Positions 29,459-39,908 of a stretch of DNA of 64,000 nt are shown one piece after another (the first letter of the stretch is position 1; each line of letters starts with the position of its first letter). Under the pieces are notes generated by a model that saw nothing but the letters and a program-made list of their open reading frames with translations, had not been told where the DNA came from and ran no database searches. A program made the translations under genes and the position numbers. Source of the stretch: Terriglobia bacterium (GTDB lineage Bacteria; Acidobacteriota; Terriglobia; JAJPHL01; JAPKYU01); the NCBI GenBank assembly GCA_965223005.1, contig CBDCVK010000005.1, positions 32,001 through 96,000 on the forward strand, in the 5' to 3' direction.

Positions 29459-29833
29459 GTGAAACCAAACTTCCTCAAGTTCCTGGTGCTGATCCTAGCG
29501 GCGGCTCTCACTCTAGCCGCTGCCGACAAGAAACCCGCCGAGAAGAAGAAAGGCGCCAAGGCTGATGATGCCAAAGCTGCCAAAGCCGGCGATGCGATCT
29601 TCTCCAAGAACTGTGCGATCTGTCACAACACCGACAGCACCGCTGAGAAGTTTGGCTCCCCAGGGCTAAAAGGTGTTTACAAAGGCAAGAAGCTGCCCCA
29701 CTCCGGCAAGCCTGTCAGCGATGAGAACGTGAGTGAGCGTATTCTTAAGGGCAGCGACAAGATGCCCCCGTTCGAAAAGAAGCTGAGCAAGAAAGAGCTG
29801 GCCAACGTGCTGGCCTACCTGAAAACTCTCTAG
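29459..29833 (+). CDS. Periplasmic monoheme cytochrome c
   Basis: Signal peptide, CAICH, PGLKG, KMPPF distal Met. Confidence 0.9.
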   Translation: MKPNFLKFLVLILAAALTLAAADKKPAEKKKGAKADDAKAAKAGDAIFSKNCAICHNTDSTAEKFGSPGLKGVYKGKKLPHSGKPVSDENVSERILKGSDKMPPFEKKLSKKELANVLAYLKTL

Positions 29834-30004
29834 CAACGAATTGTCCAGGCAGTTCGCGCGGGCCTCGATTCAGGTGGGGCCCCACTCCGTGTTCCCTGCG
29901 AAAGTAGTTCTCCCGCTGGCCTTCTGCCATCCTCGGAAGTGTCGTACCAGAGGACAGGATCTCTATGCTTCTTGACACACTTAGCCACGCGGTATTATCA
30001 TGAG

Positions 30005-31846
30005 ATGAGCGTGTTCCTCGTGTCGAGAAAGCCTCAGTTGAAGACTTGGTTTGTCCTTGTTTTTCTGGTCAGCGGCTTCGTGGGCCTTCTCCGCGCCCAA
30101 GATGAGAAGACCGGATCTGCGAGTACTCCCCAGGTCTTTTCCATTTTTCCTTCTGGCGGGCAGCAAGGCACAAGTTTACAGGCGGAGGTCCGGGGAATGA
30201 ATCTGGGCGAAGCCTACGCTGTCTGGTCTGGTACCCCGGGCCTGAAAGCCAGCCTGCGTAAGGTTGAAGAGATTGCAGCCCCAGAGGGAGAGAAAAAGGC
30301 AGCAACGGGTAGCTTGCCCGGACCGCACCCGGCGGCAAGTCACCGCGCTCTGTTGCAGGTGGAAATCGACGCCAGCGCCAAGATCGCCGTTCACTCGTTG
30401 AGGCTCGTTTCGTCCGCAGGAGTTTCCAATGCGCTGAAGTTCTTCGTCAACTCTGAATCCCTGATTGCCGAAAGCAAAGATCCTCATGATCAAGCTCACG
30501 AGGCACAGGTGGTGAACATTCCCTGTGTGGTGGCAGGAAGGATCAGCAACAGGGGGGATTTGGATTATTACGCTTTTGAAGTCTCCGAGGGGCAAGAGAT
30601 CGCGTTTCGGGTTATCTCCAGCAGGCTGACCCGACAGAACGCGCGTGTGGCTGCTCAACTAGCTCTTTACAAAGTGACTGGCAGCTGGTTTGACCCGAAT
30701 CGCCCAACACAACTCGCATCCAGCAGCAGCAGGGGGCGATTCATCTACAAGTTCGGCCAAGAAGGCCGCTACGTGGTGAAGGTTAGCTCGTTCTTGGGGA
30801 CGGGTGGGCCGGATTTCACCTACCAACTGCGAATCGTTCCGATTGACGTCATTCCGAAACAGGAGCTTCGTACCGCCCGACTGAAACAGTTCCGCTATGC
30901 GACCCCGTGGGACCCCTCCAAGTGGGAGGAACGCGCCTGGGACAGGCGACTGGAGCAGACGCGGCTCTCGGCACTGGCATCCAGAGCGGTGGTTACGGAC
31001 GAATTGGAGGAAGTTGTAAACCAAGACCTCTCCGTACTCTTGGTAAAGGAAAACGCGACGGAACTAAAGCTCCCAGCTCTCGTGGAGGGAACTATTGAAG
31101 AGCCGGGCGATCTGCATACCTTCAAGTTTCATGTGAAGGCGGGAGAGCAGTTAGCGTTTGAACTGGAGACTCCTGATCTGGTGCCACCCGACTTTAATCC
31201 TCATTTCGTGATTCTTGACAGCGATGGCAAAGAGCTGTCCTCGAATATTCACCGATGGGTATCGGGGGCTGGCAACGAGTACGCTAAGGAGATTCAACCC
31301 AAGACGATTCACGCTTTCCCGCGGCAAGGCGCCTACACCTTGAAGATCGGTGATATTACGTCTCGACACGGCAACCCACACTTCACCTATCGGCTCCTGA
31401 TCCGGCCACAAATTCCGCACGTTGGTAAAGTCGAGTTGAGCGAAGATCACATCAACCTCGTGCCTGGACAGGCAAGCAAGTTGACTATCATCAGCGATCT
31501 GGAAGAAGGATTGTCCGGTGGTATCGTTTTCGCTGTTGAGAATCTCCCCGCGGGGGTACAGGCCTTCCCCAGCTCGGGGAACAAACCGGTGCTTTCTCGA
31601 GGCGCAATCGTGGATGCAGGCAGAAGAGAGCTTTATCTTCCGAAAACCGAAAAAATAGTCGTCATGCTCTTAGGCAGCGAGAACGCTCCGGCTACGAGGA
31701 TGCCCCAGATGGTTCGGGTCAGCGCAAGACCGGTGGTTGAGGGCAAACTGGGCGCGCCCGTCACAGTGCGGGAATTTCCCCTTATGGTCATCCGGCCGAG
31801 CGAAGGTAGGAAGGCATCTGCTCGGCTGCGAGAGGAAAACGATTAA
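30005..31846 (+). CDS. PPC-domain (pre-peptidase C-terminal) secreted protein, Planctomycete type
   Basis: IFPSGGQQGT, two GDLDYY.F / GDLHTF.F PPC repeats, GGPDFTYQLRI. Confidence 0.75.
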   Translation: MSVFLVSRKPQLKTWFVLVFLVSGFVGLLRAQDEKTGSASTPQVFSIFPSGGQQGTSLQAEVRGMNLGEAYAVWSGTPGLKASLRKVEEIAAPEGEKKAATGSLPGPHPAASHRALLQVEIDASAKIAVHSLRLVSSAGVSNALKFFVNSESLIAESKDPHDQAHEAQVVNIPCVVAGRISNRGDLDYYAFEVSEGQEIAFRVISSRLTRQNARVAAQLALYKVTGSWFDPNRPTQLASSSSRGRFIYKFGQEGRYVVKVSSFLGTGGPDFTYQLRIVPIDVIPKQELRTARLKQFRYATPWDPSKWEERAWDRRLEQTRLSALASRAVVTDELEEVVNQDLSVLLVKENATELKLPALVEGTIEEPGDLHTFKFHVKAGEQLAFELETPDLVPPDFNPHFVILDSDGKELSSNIHRWVSGAGNEYAKEIQPKTIHAFPRQGAYTLKIGDITSRHGNPHFTYRLLIRPQIPHVGKVELSEDHINLVPGQASKLTIISDLEEGLSGGIVFAVENLPAGVQAFPSSGNKPVLSRGAIVDAGRRELYLPKTEKIVVMLLGSENAPATRMPQMVRVSARPVVEGKLGAPVTVREFPLMVIRPSEGRKASARLREEND

Positions 31847-31867
31847 CAAAGTTTAGAGGAACTTGTA

Positions 31868-34453
31868 ATGGAAAGACGGAACGGTAGATTTGGCTGGTTG
31901 GCTCTGATGGGGATGCTAGTTCTGAATTGCTGGGGCGTCCCTGTGGTCAGTGCTGCGACGAAACAGCCGCGGTCCGGCTCTGCCGGGACAGCCAAGCTGC
32001 TGTCGGTGCGTTTGGTGCCCGCGAATCCAATATTGAGGGGAGCGAAGGCATCGCAGCGATTTCTGGTGCTGGGGAAATACGCCGACGGCCTCGAGCGCGA
32101 CCTCACGAGCAAGAGCCAATTTTCGATCTCAAAGCCACGGATAGCCAAGGTTGAGTCAGCAGGACGAGTTATCGGGGTGGCTGACGGGAAGGCCGTATTA
32201 ACTGCTTCCTTCAGCGGACGTTCTGCAAGCACTGGCATCAGCGTGGAGAGTTCGCAGCAAGAGCGACCATTCAGTTTTCCGCGGGCGATCGTCGGGATCT
32301 TTACCAGGAAGGGATGCAACGGCAGTGGTTGCCATGGCGGAGTCAAGGGTAGGGGAGGATTCAAGCTTTCCTTAGGCGGCCTGGACCCTCGCGAGGATTA
32401 CGAATGGATTGTGCAGGGGGGTACCTATCAGGTGTTGAGCCCGGATCCGGGGACCAGGATTCCGCGGGTCGATTCGAAGGAACCCGAAAAGAGTTTGTTG
32501 CTGCAGAAGCCCACTTTCACTGTGCCGCATGGCGGGGGTGAGCGATTCAAGGTTGGCTCCCGCGAGTACGAAGCAATTCTCAGCTGGATTCGTAGTGGCA
32601 CCCCCTATGGCCCGGACGATTCCCAAGAGGTCCACATTGAAAGATTGGAGGCATATCCCATAGAGGTTGTCCTAGACCCGAATGGTAAGCATCAACTCCT
32701 GGTCAGCGCCCGGCTTTCCAACGGTCAGCAGGAGGATGTTACCGATCAGGTCCGGTACACTTCCAGCAATCCGGAGGTGGTGAAAGTCACATCCGGTGGT
32801 TTGGTCGAAGCCGCAAGGACCGGCGAGACACCGGTGTTGATCCGGGCGGCTGGACGGACGGTAAGCGTCAGAGTTGGAGTCATTTCAAAGCTCATGTCGA
32901 ACTACCCGGAGATACCGCGCAACAACTTCATTGACAAGTACGTTTTCGCCAAGCTGCGCAAGCTCAGCATCGTCCCCTCCGAGCTCGCCAGCGACGAGGA
33001 GTTTCTCCGGCGGGTGTGTCTTGACCTGACCGGGACGCTGCCCCCTCCCGCGCGCGTTCGGGAATTCCTCACCAGTAAGGATCCTGGAAAGCGAGACAAA
33101 CTGATTGAAGCGCTGCTGAACACTCCCGAGTACGTTGACTATTGGACGTTTCGGTTTGCGGACCTGTTCCGGGTCGCGCGCTATGCGCAAGGGGTAAATG
33201 GAAGATTTGCCGAGACCTATTGGGAATGGATCCGAGACAGCATCACAGAGAACAAGCCCTACGATCAGATGGCCCGCGAACGTCTTGCGGCGCAAGGTTA
33301 CAACGGTCCATCGCGGCACTACTTTGGGTTTACCGCTAAGGACCCCGAAAACCGGATGGCCGAGGAGCTTCGGGTTTTCATGGGACGCCGGCTGGACTGC
33401 GCTCAGTGCCACAACCATCCATTTGAGGCCTGGAGCCAGAATCAGTTTTGGGGCCTGGCTGCTTTCTTCGGCCGGATGAACATTGTCAAGTTTGGTCCTC
33501 AGGATGATGCGTACGGTTCGGTGCTGTATGACGACCCAAAGGGTGTAGAAATTGCTTATGGGGAAAAGGGGAAGAGTCGGAAAACTCTACATCCTCGCAC
33601 GAAGATGGAAGTTCAGCCGACATTCTTTGACCGCGAAGTTCTGCCGGCAGCGAAGCGGGAAGACTTGCGGCTGGAACTGGCGAAATGGATGACTTCTCAT
33701 CCTTACTTTGCCGAAGCCACGGTCAACCGGATGTGGGGTCGATTCTTCTCGCGAGGAATTGTGGAGCCGGTAGACGATTTCCTGTCTACCAATCCCCCGA
33801 CACACCCCGACCTTTTGCGGGCACTGGCCGAGGACTTTCGTGAACATGGATACGACTTGAAGGATCTCATGCGTAAGATTGTGAGTTCCAGAACATATCA
33901 GCTCAGCAGCCAGCCAAATGAAACGAATCGGGAGGACCAGATAAACTACTCCCATAGCATTCCCCGGGCTCTGGACGCTGAAGTTCTGTTGGACGCGATC
34001 TCCTACATTACGGGAGTGCCCGAAATTTTCGAACACCGCACCGACAATGACTACCCGGGAACAGCGCCCCCTGGAACCAGAGCAATCAACCTGAGGGAGG
34101 CCGACATCTACCCCCACCGGTTTTCCGACATGTACGGGCGTTCACTCCGTTACTCTGTGCCGGAGCGAAAGGTCGCGCCCAATCTGGTGCAGGCGTTGCA
34201 CATCCTGGTAGGCTCAACCTACACGGATAAGATCTCCAGGCCAGGTGGGCGGGTTGATCAGCTACTGAAGGCCGGTCGTTCAGACGCCGAGCTTATCGAG
34301 GAGCTCTACTTGCTCGCCCTCTCCCGGTTCCCGGCGGAGAAGGAAAAATCGAAGCTACTGAGGGCCACGTCTCAGGGATCCTCGCGTAAAGAAACCATCC
34401 AGGACTTGACTTGGGCGCTGGTCAGTTCTCGAGAATTCGCCGAGAACCACTGA
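31868..34453 (+). CDS. DUF1549/DUF1553 (PSCyt) protein with Ig-like domains
   Basis: GCNGSGCHG, NNFIDKYV, EFLRRVCLDLTG.LP, CAQCHNHPF, VNR.W..FF.RGIVEPVDD, PTHPDLL, L.AEVLLDAI. Confidence 0.93.
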   Translation: MERRNGRFGWLALMGMLVLNCWGVPVVSAATKQPRSGSAGTAKLLSVRLVPANPILRGAKASQRFLVLGKYADGLERDLTSKSQFSISKPRIAKVESAGRVIGVADGKAVLTASFSGRSASTGISVESSQQERPFSFPRAIVGIFTRKGCNGSGCHGGVKGRGGFKLSLGGLDPREDYEWIVQGGTYQVLSPDPGTRIPRVDSKEPEKSLLLQKPTFTVPHGGGERFKVGSREYEAILSWIRSGTPYGPDDSQEVHIERLEAYPIEVVLDPNGKHQLLVSARLSNGQQEDVTDQVRYTSSNPEVVKVTSGGLVEAARTGETPVLIRAAGRTVSVRVGVISKLMSNYPEIPRNNFIDKYVFAKLRKLSIVPSELASDEEFLRRVCLDLTGTLPPPARVREFLTSKDPGKRDKLIEALLNTPEYVDYWTFRFADLFRVARYAQGVNGRFAETYWEWIRDSITENKPYDQMARERLAAQGYNGPSRHYFGFTAKDPENRMAEELRVFMGRRLDCAQCHNHPFEAWSQNQFWGLAAFFGRMNIVKFGPQDDAYGSVLYDDPKGVEIAYGEKGKSRKTLHPRTKMEVQPTFFDREVLPAAKREDLRLELAKWMTSHPYFAEATVNRMWGRFFSRGIVEPVDDFLSTNPPTHPDLLRALAEDFREHGYDLKDLMRKIVSSRTYQLSSQPNETNREDQINYSHSIPRALDAEVLLDAISYITGVPEIFEHRTDNDYPGTAPPGTRAINLREADIYPHRFSDMYGRSLRYSVPERKVAPNLVQALHILVGSTYTDKISRPGGRVDQLLKAGRSDAELIEELYLLALSRFPAEKEKSKLLRATSQGSSRKETIQDLTWALVSSREFAENH

Positions 34454-34480
34454 AGGGCAGCTCGCAGTAAGGAGATACCA

Positions 34481-35842
34481 ATGGAAAAAGTAGGCTGTTT
34501 GCACCGTACCGAAGAGAATCTGAGCCGCCGCGCATTTTTGCGGGTGGGCAGCTTGACTTTCTTAGGCATCGGGCTGGCGCAGTATCTGGAAGCCAGGAGC
34601 TTGCTGCCGACTTCCAAGGCGAAGGCTCAGTCCTGCATCATGCTCTGGCTGGAGGGCGGACCGTGTCAGATTGACATGTGGGATCCAAAGACCAACAGCG
34701 CGTTTCGACCGATCTCCACGAATGTAGCGGGAATCCAGATTTCCGAACTGCTCCCGCGCGTAGCCCGGCACATGGACAAGTTGTCCATTATTCGCTCTCT
34801 TCACACCCTGGAGCTGAACCACACGGAAGCCACCTACTACGCGGTGACCGGCCATCGACCGAACCCAGCGATGGAGTTTCCCAGCCTGGGCTCAATCGTT
34901 GGCAAGGAATTGGGCGGACGCAACAATGTTCCTTCCTACGTCCTAGCTCCCAAATGGGAGCGGGATATAGCGACGTACGAGAGGCCTTTTAAGGCCGCTT
35001 TTCTTGGTCCCGAGTACGACCCTTTGATGCTGTCCGACCCGAACGTATGCGTGAAGCCGAAAAGTGGCGTCTGTCCGACACAAAGAGACTTTGAGGTTCC
35101 TGACCTGAAACTGCCAAAGGGAATCCCCGTTGAACGCTTGGGGCACCGACGTTCGCTTCTCAACATTGTCGATGAGATCTACCGGGAAAAGGTCAGCCGC
35201 GCCGAGCATGCCGCTATGGACAACTTTACGGAACAGGCGCTCAGAATGATCTTGTCCCAGTCCGTGAAGGAAGCTTTCGATCTCTCGAACGAACCGGAAA
35301 AGGCAAAAGATGCATACGGCCGCAACGGTTTTGGCCAAAGTGTATTGCTGGCCCGGAGGCTTGTGGAGGCAGGCAGCCGTTTTGTAACGGCGGCAGGATA
35401 CACGTTCAACTCCTGGGACTTTCATTCAGCCAACCAGGAGGGACATCAGAAACTGGTCCCTCATTTGGATCAAGCCTTGGCCACCCTCCTGGAAGACCTC
35501 GAGCAGAGGGGACTGTTGGAATCCACGGTCGTCCTTGCGATGGGGGAATTCGGCCGGACTCCCCATATCAATTCGGCGAATGGGCGCGACCACTGGCCCC
35601 ATTGCTGGTCCATGGTCTTAGGAGGCGGTGGCATCCAGGGCGGCCAGGTTATCGGCGCCAGCGATTCGAAGGGCGCCTACGTCGAAGACCGGATGGTGAC
35701 GATCGGAGACGTCTTTGCGACCGTGTACAAGGCACTCGGCATTGACTGGCACAAAGAGTATATGACTTCCATCGGTCGTCCGATTAAGATCGCCAACTCG
35801 ATTGACGATACAACTGCTCAGCCTATAAAAGGGTTGATCTAG
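34481..35842 (+). CDS. DUF1501 protein (Tat-exported)
   Basis: SRRAFLRVG, WLEGGP.Q.D.WDPK, YGR..FGQS.LLARRLVEAG, WD.H, GEFGRTP..N...GRDHW. Confidence 0.94.
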   Translation: MEKVGCLHRTEENLSRRAFLRVGSLTFLGIGLAQYLEARSLLPTSKAKAQSCIMLWLEGGPCQIDMWDPKTNSAFRPISTNVAGIQISELLPRVARHMDKLSIIRSLHTLELNHTEATYYAVTGHRPNPAMEFPSLGSIVGKELGGRNNVPSYVLAPKWERDIATYERPFKAAFLGPEYDPLMLSDPNVCVKPKSGVCPTQRDFEVPDLKLPKGIPVERLGHRRSLLNIVDEIYREKVSRAEHAAMDNFTEQALRMILSQSVKEAFDLSNEPEKAKDAYGRNGFGQSVLLARRLVEAGSRFVTAAGYTFNSWDFHSANQEGHQKLVPHLDQALATLLEDLEQRGLLESTVVLAMGEFGRTPHINSANGRDHWPHCWSMVLGGGGIQGGQVIGASDSKGAYVEDRMVTIGDVFATVYKALGIDWHKEYMTSIGRPIKIANSIDDTTAQPIKGLI

Positions 35843-36008
35843 TCCGGCGACGAATACCCCAGGACAGAAGTCGCTAGACGAATCGCCCCGTCCGTAGGTA
35901 ACTCATCAAAGCGCAGGGGATATAAAGCAAGAATCAGGTCGGAAGCCACAGACCTACCTACGGATGGTCACGGGCTGGCACATTCGTGACTGGAAGAACG
36001 GTCCGCTG

Positions 36009-37034
36009 CTACTGGCGGCTATTTGATTGTCGGAATTGGTTGAACCGAGCGAAATGTTGATCCGCCAGCTCCTTTTCACCCACGCGGACCAAGACCAGAG
36101 CGAGCTGATAATGGGCGTCAGCGTTCCGAGCGTCTGAGCGGAGGACTGCTTCCAACTGAGCACGAGCGCCGGCCAGATTTCCCACTGCGGCCAATGCAAT
36201 GGCCAGTTTCACCTTCGCTTTGGCCCACCCCGGTTTTCGCAAAAGGGCTTCCTTGAGGTAATCGATGGCTTCCTGGGGGTGACCCTCTTTGAAGCGCAGG
36301 GCACCGAGGTTGAAATAAGGCCATTCGGATTTGACCGCCTGCTTCTGCTCCAGCTCAATGGCCTTCAGATAAGCCGCTCGCGCAAGGTCAAACTGCGCTA
36401 ATGCCTCGTGCGTCAACGCAAGATTGTTATGGGCCCTCATGCTGGTCGGCTCGATTTCCACTGCCCTTTGGAAGGCGCGCAATGCCGAAGGCATGTCATT
36501 CTCCGTATAAGCGAGCCTTCCCATATAGTAAAAAGCTTCGCCGCTTCCGGGGCTGAGCTCTGTCGCACGACGCAGTGAGACTTCGGCGTCCTGGTTTTTT
36601 CTTAGCATGAACTGACTCAATCCGAGAATCAACCATGCATCCCCGTTCTCGGGATCGAGCGTCGTGTAGTTCTGCATGGACAAGAATGATTGATAATATT
36701 TTCCCATGTTATACAGGATTCGGGCTCTAAGCAGGACTGCCGGGGTGTAGGAGTCGGACCGGCGCAAGATGGAGTCGAGAATCTCCATTGCCTTTTTCAG
36801 ATCTTTCCGTTCACCGTAGCATCGGGCAAGGCGAAAACGCGTCTCCAACGAACTTCCCGGAATCCCGTTCAGCAGTTCCTCGGATTCGCGGCATTGTTGC
36901 GCGGCCATCATTTGCGATGCTCGGGCGAGGGAATCTTCCGCAGACGGAGTTTGTGCCCACAGCGCTGCTGTTCCGAGGCAGAGCGAGACCAGTGCGCAGC
37001 AGACCGCCTGTTTCCATGGCCCAGGGCTTTTCAT
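36009..37034 (-). CDS. Secreted tetratricopeptide repeat protein
   Basis: Signal peptide; repeated TPR motifs (AFYYMG, AHNNLA, PYFNLG, AHYQLA). Confidence 0.88.
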   Translation of the reverse strand: MKSPGPWKQAVCCALVSLCLGTAALWAQTPSAEDSLARASQMMAAQQCRESEELLNGIPGSSLETRFRLARCYGERKDLKKAMEILDSILRRSDSYTPAVLLRARILYNMGKYYQSFLSMQNYTTLDPENGDAWLILGLSQFMLRKNQDAEVSLRRATELSPGSGEAFYYMGRLAYTENDMPSALRAFQRAVEIEPTSMRAHNNLALTHEALAQFDLARAAYLKAIELEQKQAVKSEWPYFNLGALRFKEGHPQEAIDYLKEALLRKPGWAKAKVKLAIALAAVGNLAGARAQLEAVLRSDARNADAHYQLALVLVRVGEKELADQHFARFNQFRQSNSRQ

Positions 37035-37145
37035 CCTCGTCTCTTCTGATTATACTCCTCACGGCGTCAAGGTCTTGCAGAGGCTGGCGTTTCCAATAGA
37101 CCTCTACGGGCCGCTATCAGGGCTATGATTTCACGGGAGGATGGT

Positions 37146-38210
37146 ATGGGCGATACAAGCAAATTTCGAATCGCATTTTCCGCCGACTTTCGGGATGAGA
37201 AGCAACAGCTCATTTTCCCGGATATTGGGTTGTCGCTGCTGGACGCCGAGCCGGGCGTGTCCTACGAATTCCTCAGCCCGTACCGGCCAGAGCACGTTCC
37301 CGAGCAGCTGGCCGGGTACGACGTTCTGATCACGGGTAAGCCTCGCGTCACAGCGGCTTCCCTGCGCGGTGTGGAGCGGCTGTGCGCCGTCGGGCGGTGC
37401 GGCGTCGGATACGACAACGTGGACCTGCAAGCCTGCACGGCGCAAGACGTGGCCGTGTACATCACGCCGGCCGGTGTTCGGCGCCCGGTGGCCGAGTCCA
37501 TTGTTCTTTTCGTCCTGGCTCTGTCCCATAACCTGGTTTGGAAGGACCATCTGGTCCGTCAGGGACGGTGGACCGAAAGTACTCGGCGACTTGGACGGGA
37601 ACCTCGTGGCCGCACAGTGGGCACGATCGGGATCGGAAATATCGCTTCCGATGCGGTCCGCCTCCTCCGCAACTTCGATGTCGCGCGGTTCCTGGCGTTT
37701 GATCCCTACGCGTCCGCCGAACATGCGGCTGCTGCTGGTGTTGAGCTTGTTCCGCTGGACACGCTGCTCGGGCTTTCCGACTACGTGCTAGTCAACTGCC
37801 CGTTGACACCGGAGACGCGCCGCCTCATCGGCGAACGTGAACTGCGCCTGATGAAGCCCGAGGCCGTGCTGATCAACACAGCTCGTGGCCCGATTGTGGA
37901 TGAGCCTGCCCTGATTAGCGCTCTGCAGAGCGGGAGGCTGCGTGCCGCCGCGCTGGATGTTTTCGAGAAAGAGCCACTCGATCCAGATTCGCCACTCTTC
38001 CACCTGGACAATGTGATTCTCACTTCGCACTCGATCTGCTGGACCGAAGAGGGTTTTCGCGACATGGGCCGAATCGACTGTGAGGGAGCGCTGGCGGTCC
38101 GCCGGGGGGAACCGCCGCTCAACGTCGTGAATCCGGAGGTGCTCGAGCGCCCTGGGTTTCGGCGCAAACTGGAGCTTTACCGAAAGGCGGGAAAGGGAGT
38201 CGGCACATGA
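37146..38210 (+). CDS. D-2-hydroxyacid dehydrogenase family protein
   Basis: GVGYDNVD, GTIGIGNI, CPLTPET, INTARGP.VDE, ALDVFE.EP. Confidence 0.92.
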   Translation: MGDTSKFRIAFSADFRDEKQQLIFPDIGLSLLDAEPGVSYEFLSPYRPEHVPEQLAGYDVLITGKPRVTAASLRGVERLCAVGRCGVGYDNVDLQACTAQDVAVYITPAGVRRPVAESIVLFVLALSHNLVWKDHLVRQGRWTESTRRLGREPRGRTVGTIGIGNIASDAVRLLRNFDVARFLAFDPYASAEHAAAAGVELVPLDTLLGLSDYVLVNCPLTPETRRLIGERELRLMKPEAVLINTARGPIVDEPALISALQSGRLRAAALDVFEKEPLDPDSPLFHLDNVILTSHSICWTEEGFRDMGRIDCEGALAVRRGEPPLNVVNPEVLERPGFRRKLELYRKAGKGVGT

Positions 38211-38288
38211 ATCGGTAAAACGCAACTGGCAGGCGGGCGAGATTCCCCTCGGGCAGATCGTGCTAGAACGATTCACTCTTGCCGAAAC

Positions 38289-39800
38289 TCACTGTTGCTT
38301 GTCCCCCTTCTTGAGCTTCTGAAAAAGGCTCAATGCTGCTCGCGCTTTTGCGCCGTCGCCCATCTTTCGATAGATGGTGGCCATTCGATAATGCGGAGTG
38401 GCATTCTCGGGGTCTAGCTCAACTACTTTGCGCAGGTACTGCAGCGCTTTCTGGTATTCGTCTCTGGAAGTGAAAATCCGCTCTACACCTAGATAAGCCT
38501 CCACCATCCTTGGATCGTATTCTAGGCTCCGCAGATAGTACTTTTCAGCCTCGTCGAGGCGCCCCCGAGTATAGAAAATCTCGGCGATTTCGTACAAAGC
38601 GCTCGGATGATTCGGGTCGAGCTGCAGCTCCTTTTCCAGCTCAGGAAGAGCCTCGTCGTCCTGGTCTTTTTTCCAGTACAGATTTCCGATCGCAAAGTGC
38701 ACGTTCCGCAGGTCAGGCCTCAGCTCGAGCGCCATTTGATACTCCCGGATCGCCTCTTCATCCTTGCCTGCATCTTCATAATATTGGCCCCGAAGCAGAT
38801 GGGCACGGTAGGAATCAGGATTGGCCGCGGCAACCCAAAGCGAAGCGAGATAGGAAAGCGCTTGGTGGTATTCGGCAAGAAAGAAGAGTGTTTCGCTGGA
38901 CTTACCTGACTCTTTTTCGAGCTTGCGCACGCGATTCCGATAAAGCTCCAATAGCTCCTGAATCTTCTCGCCAGGCGGGGGGTTATAAAGAAAGTTGGTA
39001 GAGCCATCGACCAAATCGTCTGGGACCGCGCCCACAGTGCTCACCACCGACGGGTCGGATTTCTTCTGCGCTACGGCTTGCAGTTTCTGGTTCAGGCGCT
39101 CATTCGCCGGCTGCGCCTGAAGAGCCCGACGGTAGGCGAGTTCTGCCTTCTCCCAATTGCTTTCCGCTTCGTAGAGGTGCGCCCGCGCCAGGTGAATGTG
39201 GTAGGAATCCTCAAACTCCTTCTGCAGGGTCCCGAAAAACTGTTTTGCAAGCTGTCCGTAGGCTTTGCTCAGGTGGTAATACACGTCCTGGTCGACCGAC
39301 TCAACCTTCGCAACTTTCTCCAAATGAAGAGCCGCATTACGGAAATCCGACTGCGCATAATAGGTGTAACCGAGGTATACGTGTACGGCGACATTGGAAG
39401 GATCGAGCGCTTCCGACTTCTTGAGGTGGCGAAGCGCGACTTCGTGCTGCCGGGCGTTGAAGGCGATTAGACCCAGGAAAAAGTTAGGGGCGCCCAAGTC
39501 GGCCTTCAGCTTGAGGGCCGTTTGGAACGACTTGACCGCATCATCCACTTGGCGCTGCTGGTAGTAAAGAGTCCCGAGATTCGAATGCGCTTCGGCCAAA
39601 TCGGGACGTAAGTGTATGATCTGCTCGTATTTCTCGATGGCGGTCTTGGCGTCGCCAGCTACCTGCGCCCGGTGCGCCTCCTGGTAGAGCGTCCGCAGGT
39701 CCGGCGGCCGGGCGGACACGTGCGTGCAGAAAAGAACGATCCCTGCGGCGGGCAACGCGAGCTTAATTGCGCGGAGGGACACCTGCAGGAGCGTGACCAT
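38289..39800 (-). CDS. Secreted tetratricopeptide repeat protein
   Basis: Signal peptide; many TPRs (AHSNLG, VHFAIG, PHYRMA). Confidence 0.88.
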   Translation of the reverse strand: MVTLLQVSLRAIKLALPAAGIVLFCTHVSARPPDLRTLYQEAHRAQVAGDAKTAIEKYEQIIHLRPDLAEAHSNLGTLYYQQRQVDDAVKSFQTALKLKADLGAPNFFLGLIAFNARQHEVALRHLKKSEALDPSNVAVHVYLGYTYYAQSDFRNAALHLEKVAKVESVDQDVYYHLSKAYGQLAKQFFGTLQKEFEDSYHIHLARAHLYEAESNWEKAELAYRRALQAQPANERLNQKLQAVAQKKSDPSVVSTVGAVPDDLVDGSTNFLYNPPPGEKIQELLELYRNRVRKLEKESGKSSETLFFLAEYHQALSYLASLWVAAANPDSYRAHLLRGQYYEDAGKDEEAIREYQMALELRPDLRNVHFAIGNLYWKKDQDDEALPELEKELQLDPNHPSALYEIAEIFYTRGRLDEAEKYYLRSLEYDPRMVEAYLGVERIFTSRDEYQKALQYLRKVVELDPENATPHYRMATIYRKMGDGAKARAALSLFQKLKKGDKQQ

Positions 39801-39908
39801 AACGTTTGAGAAAGGGAATCGAACTTTCCTTGGACACACACGATTATAACACTATTGGTTGTCGGCCCCTCGTAGGCACCCCGCTGCTACATTTCTGCCA
39901 CACCCAAG

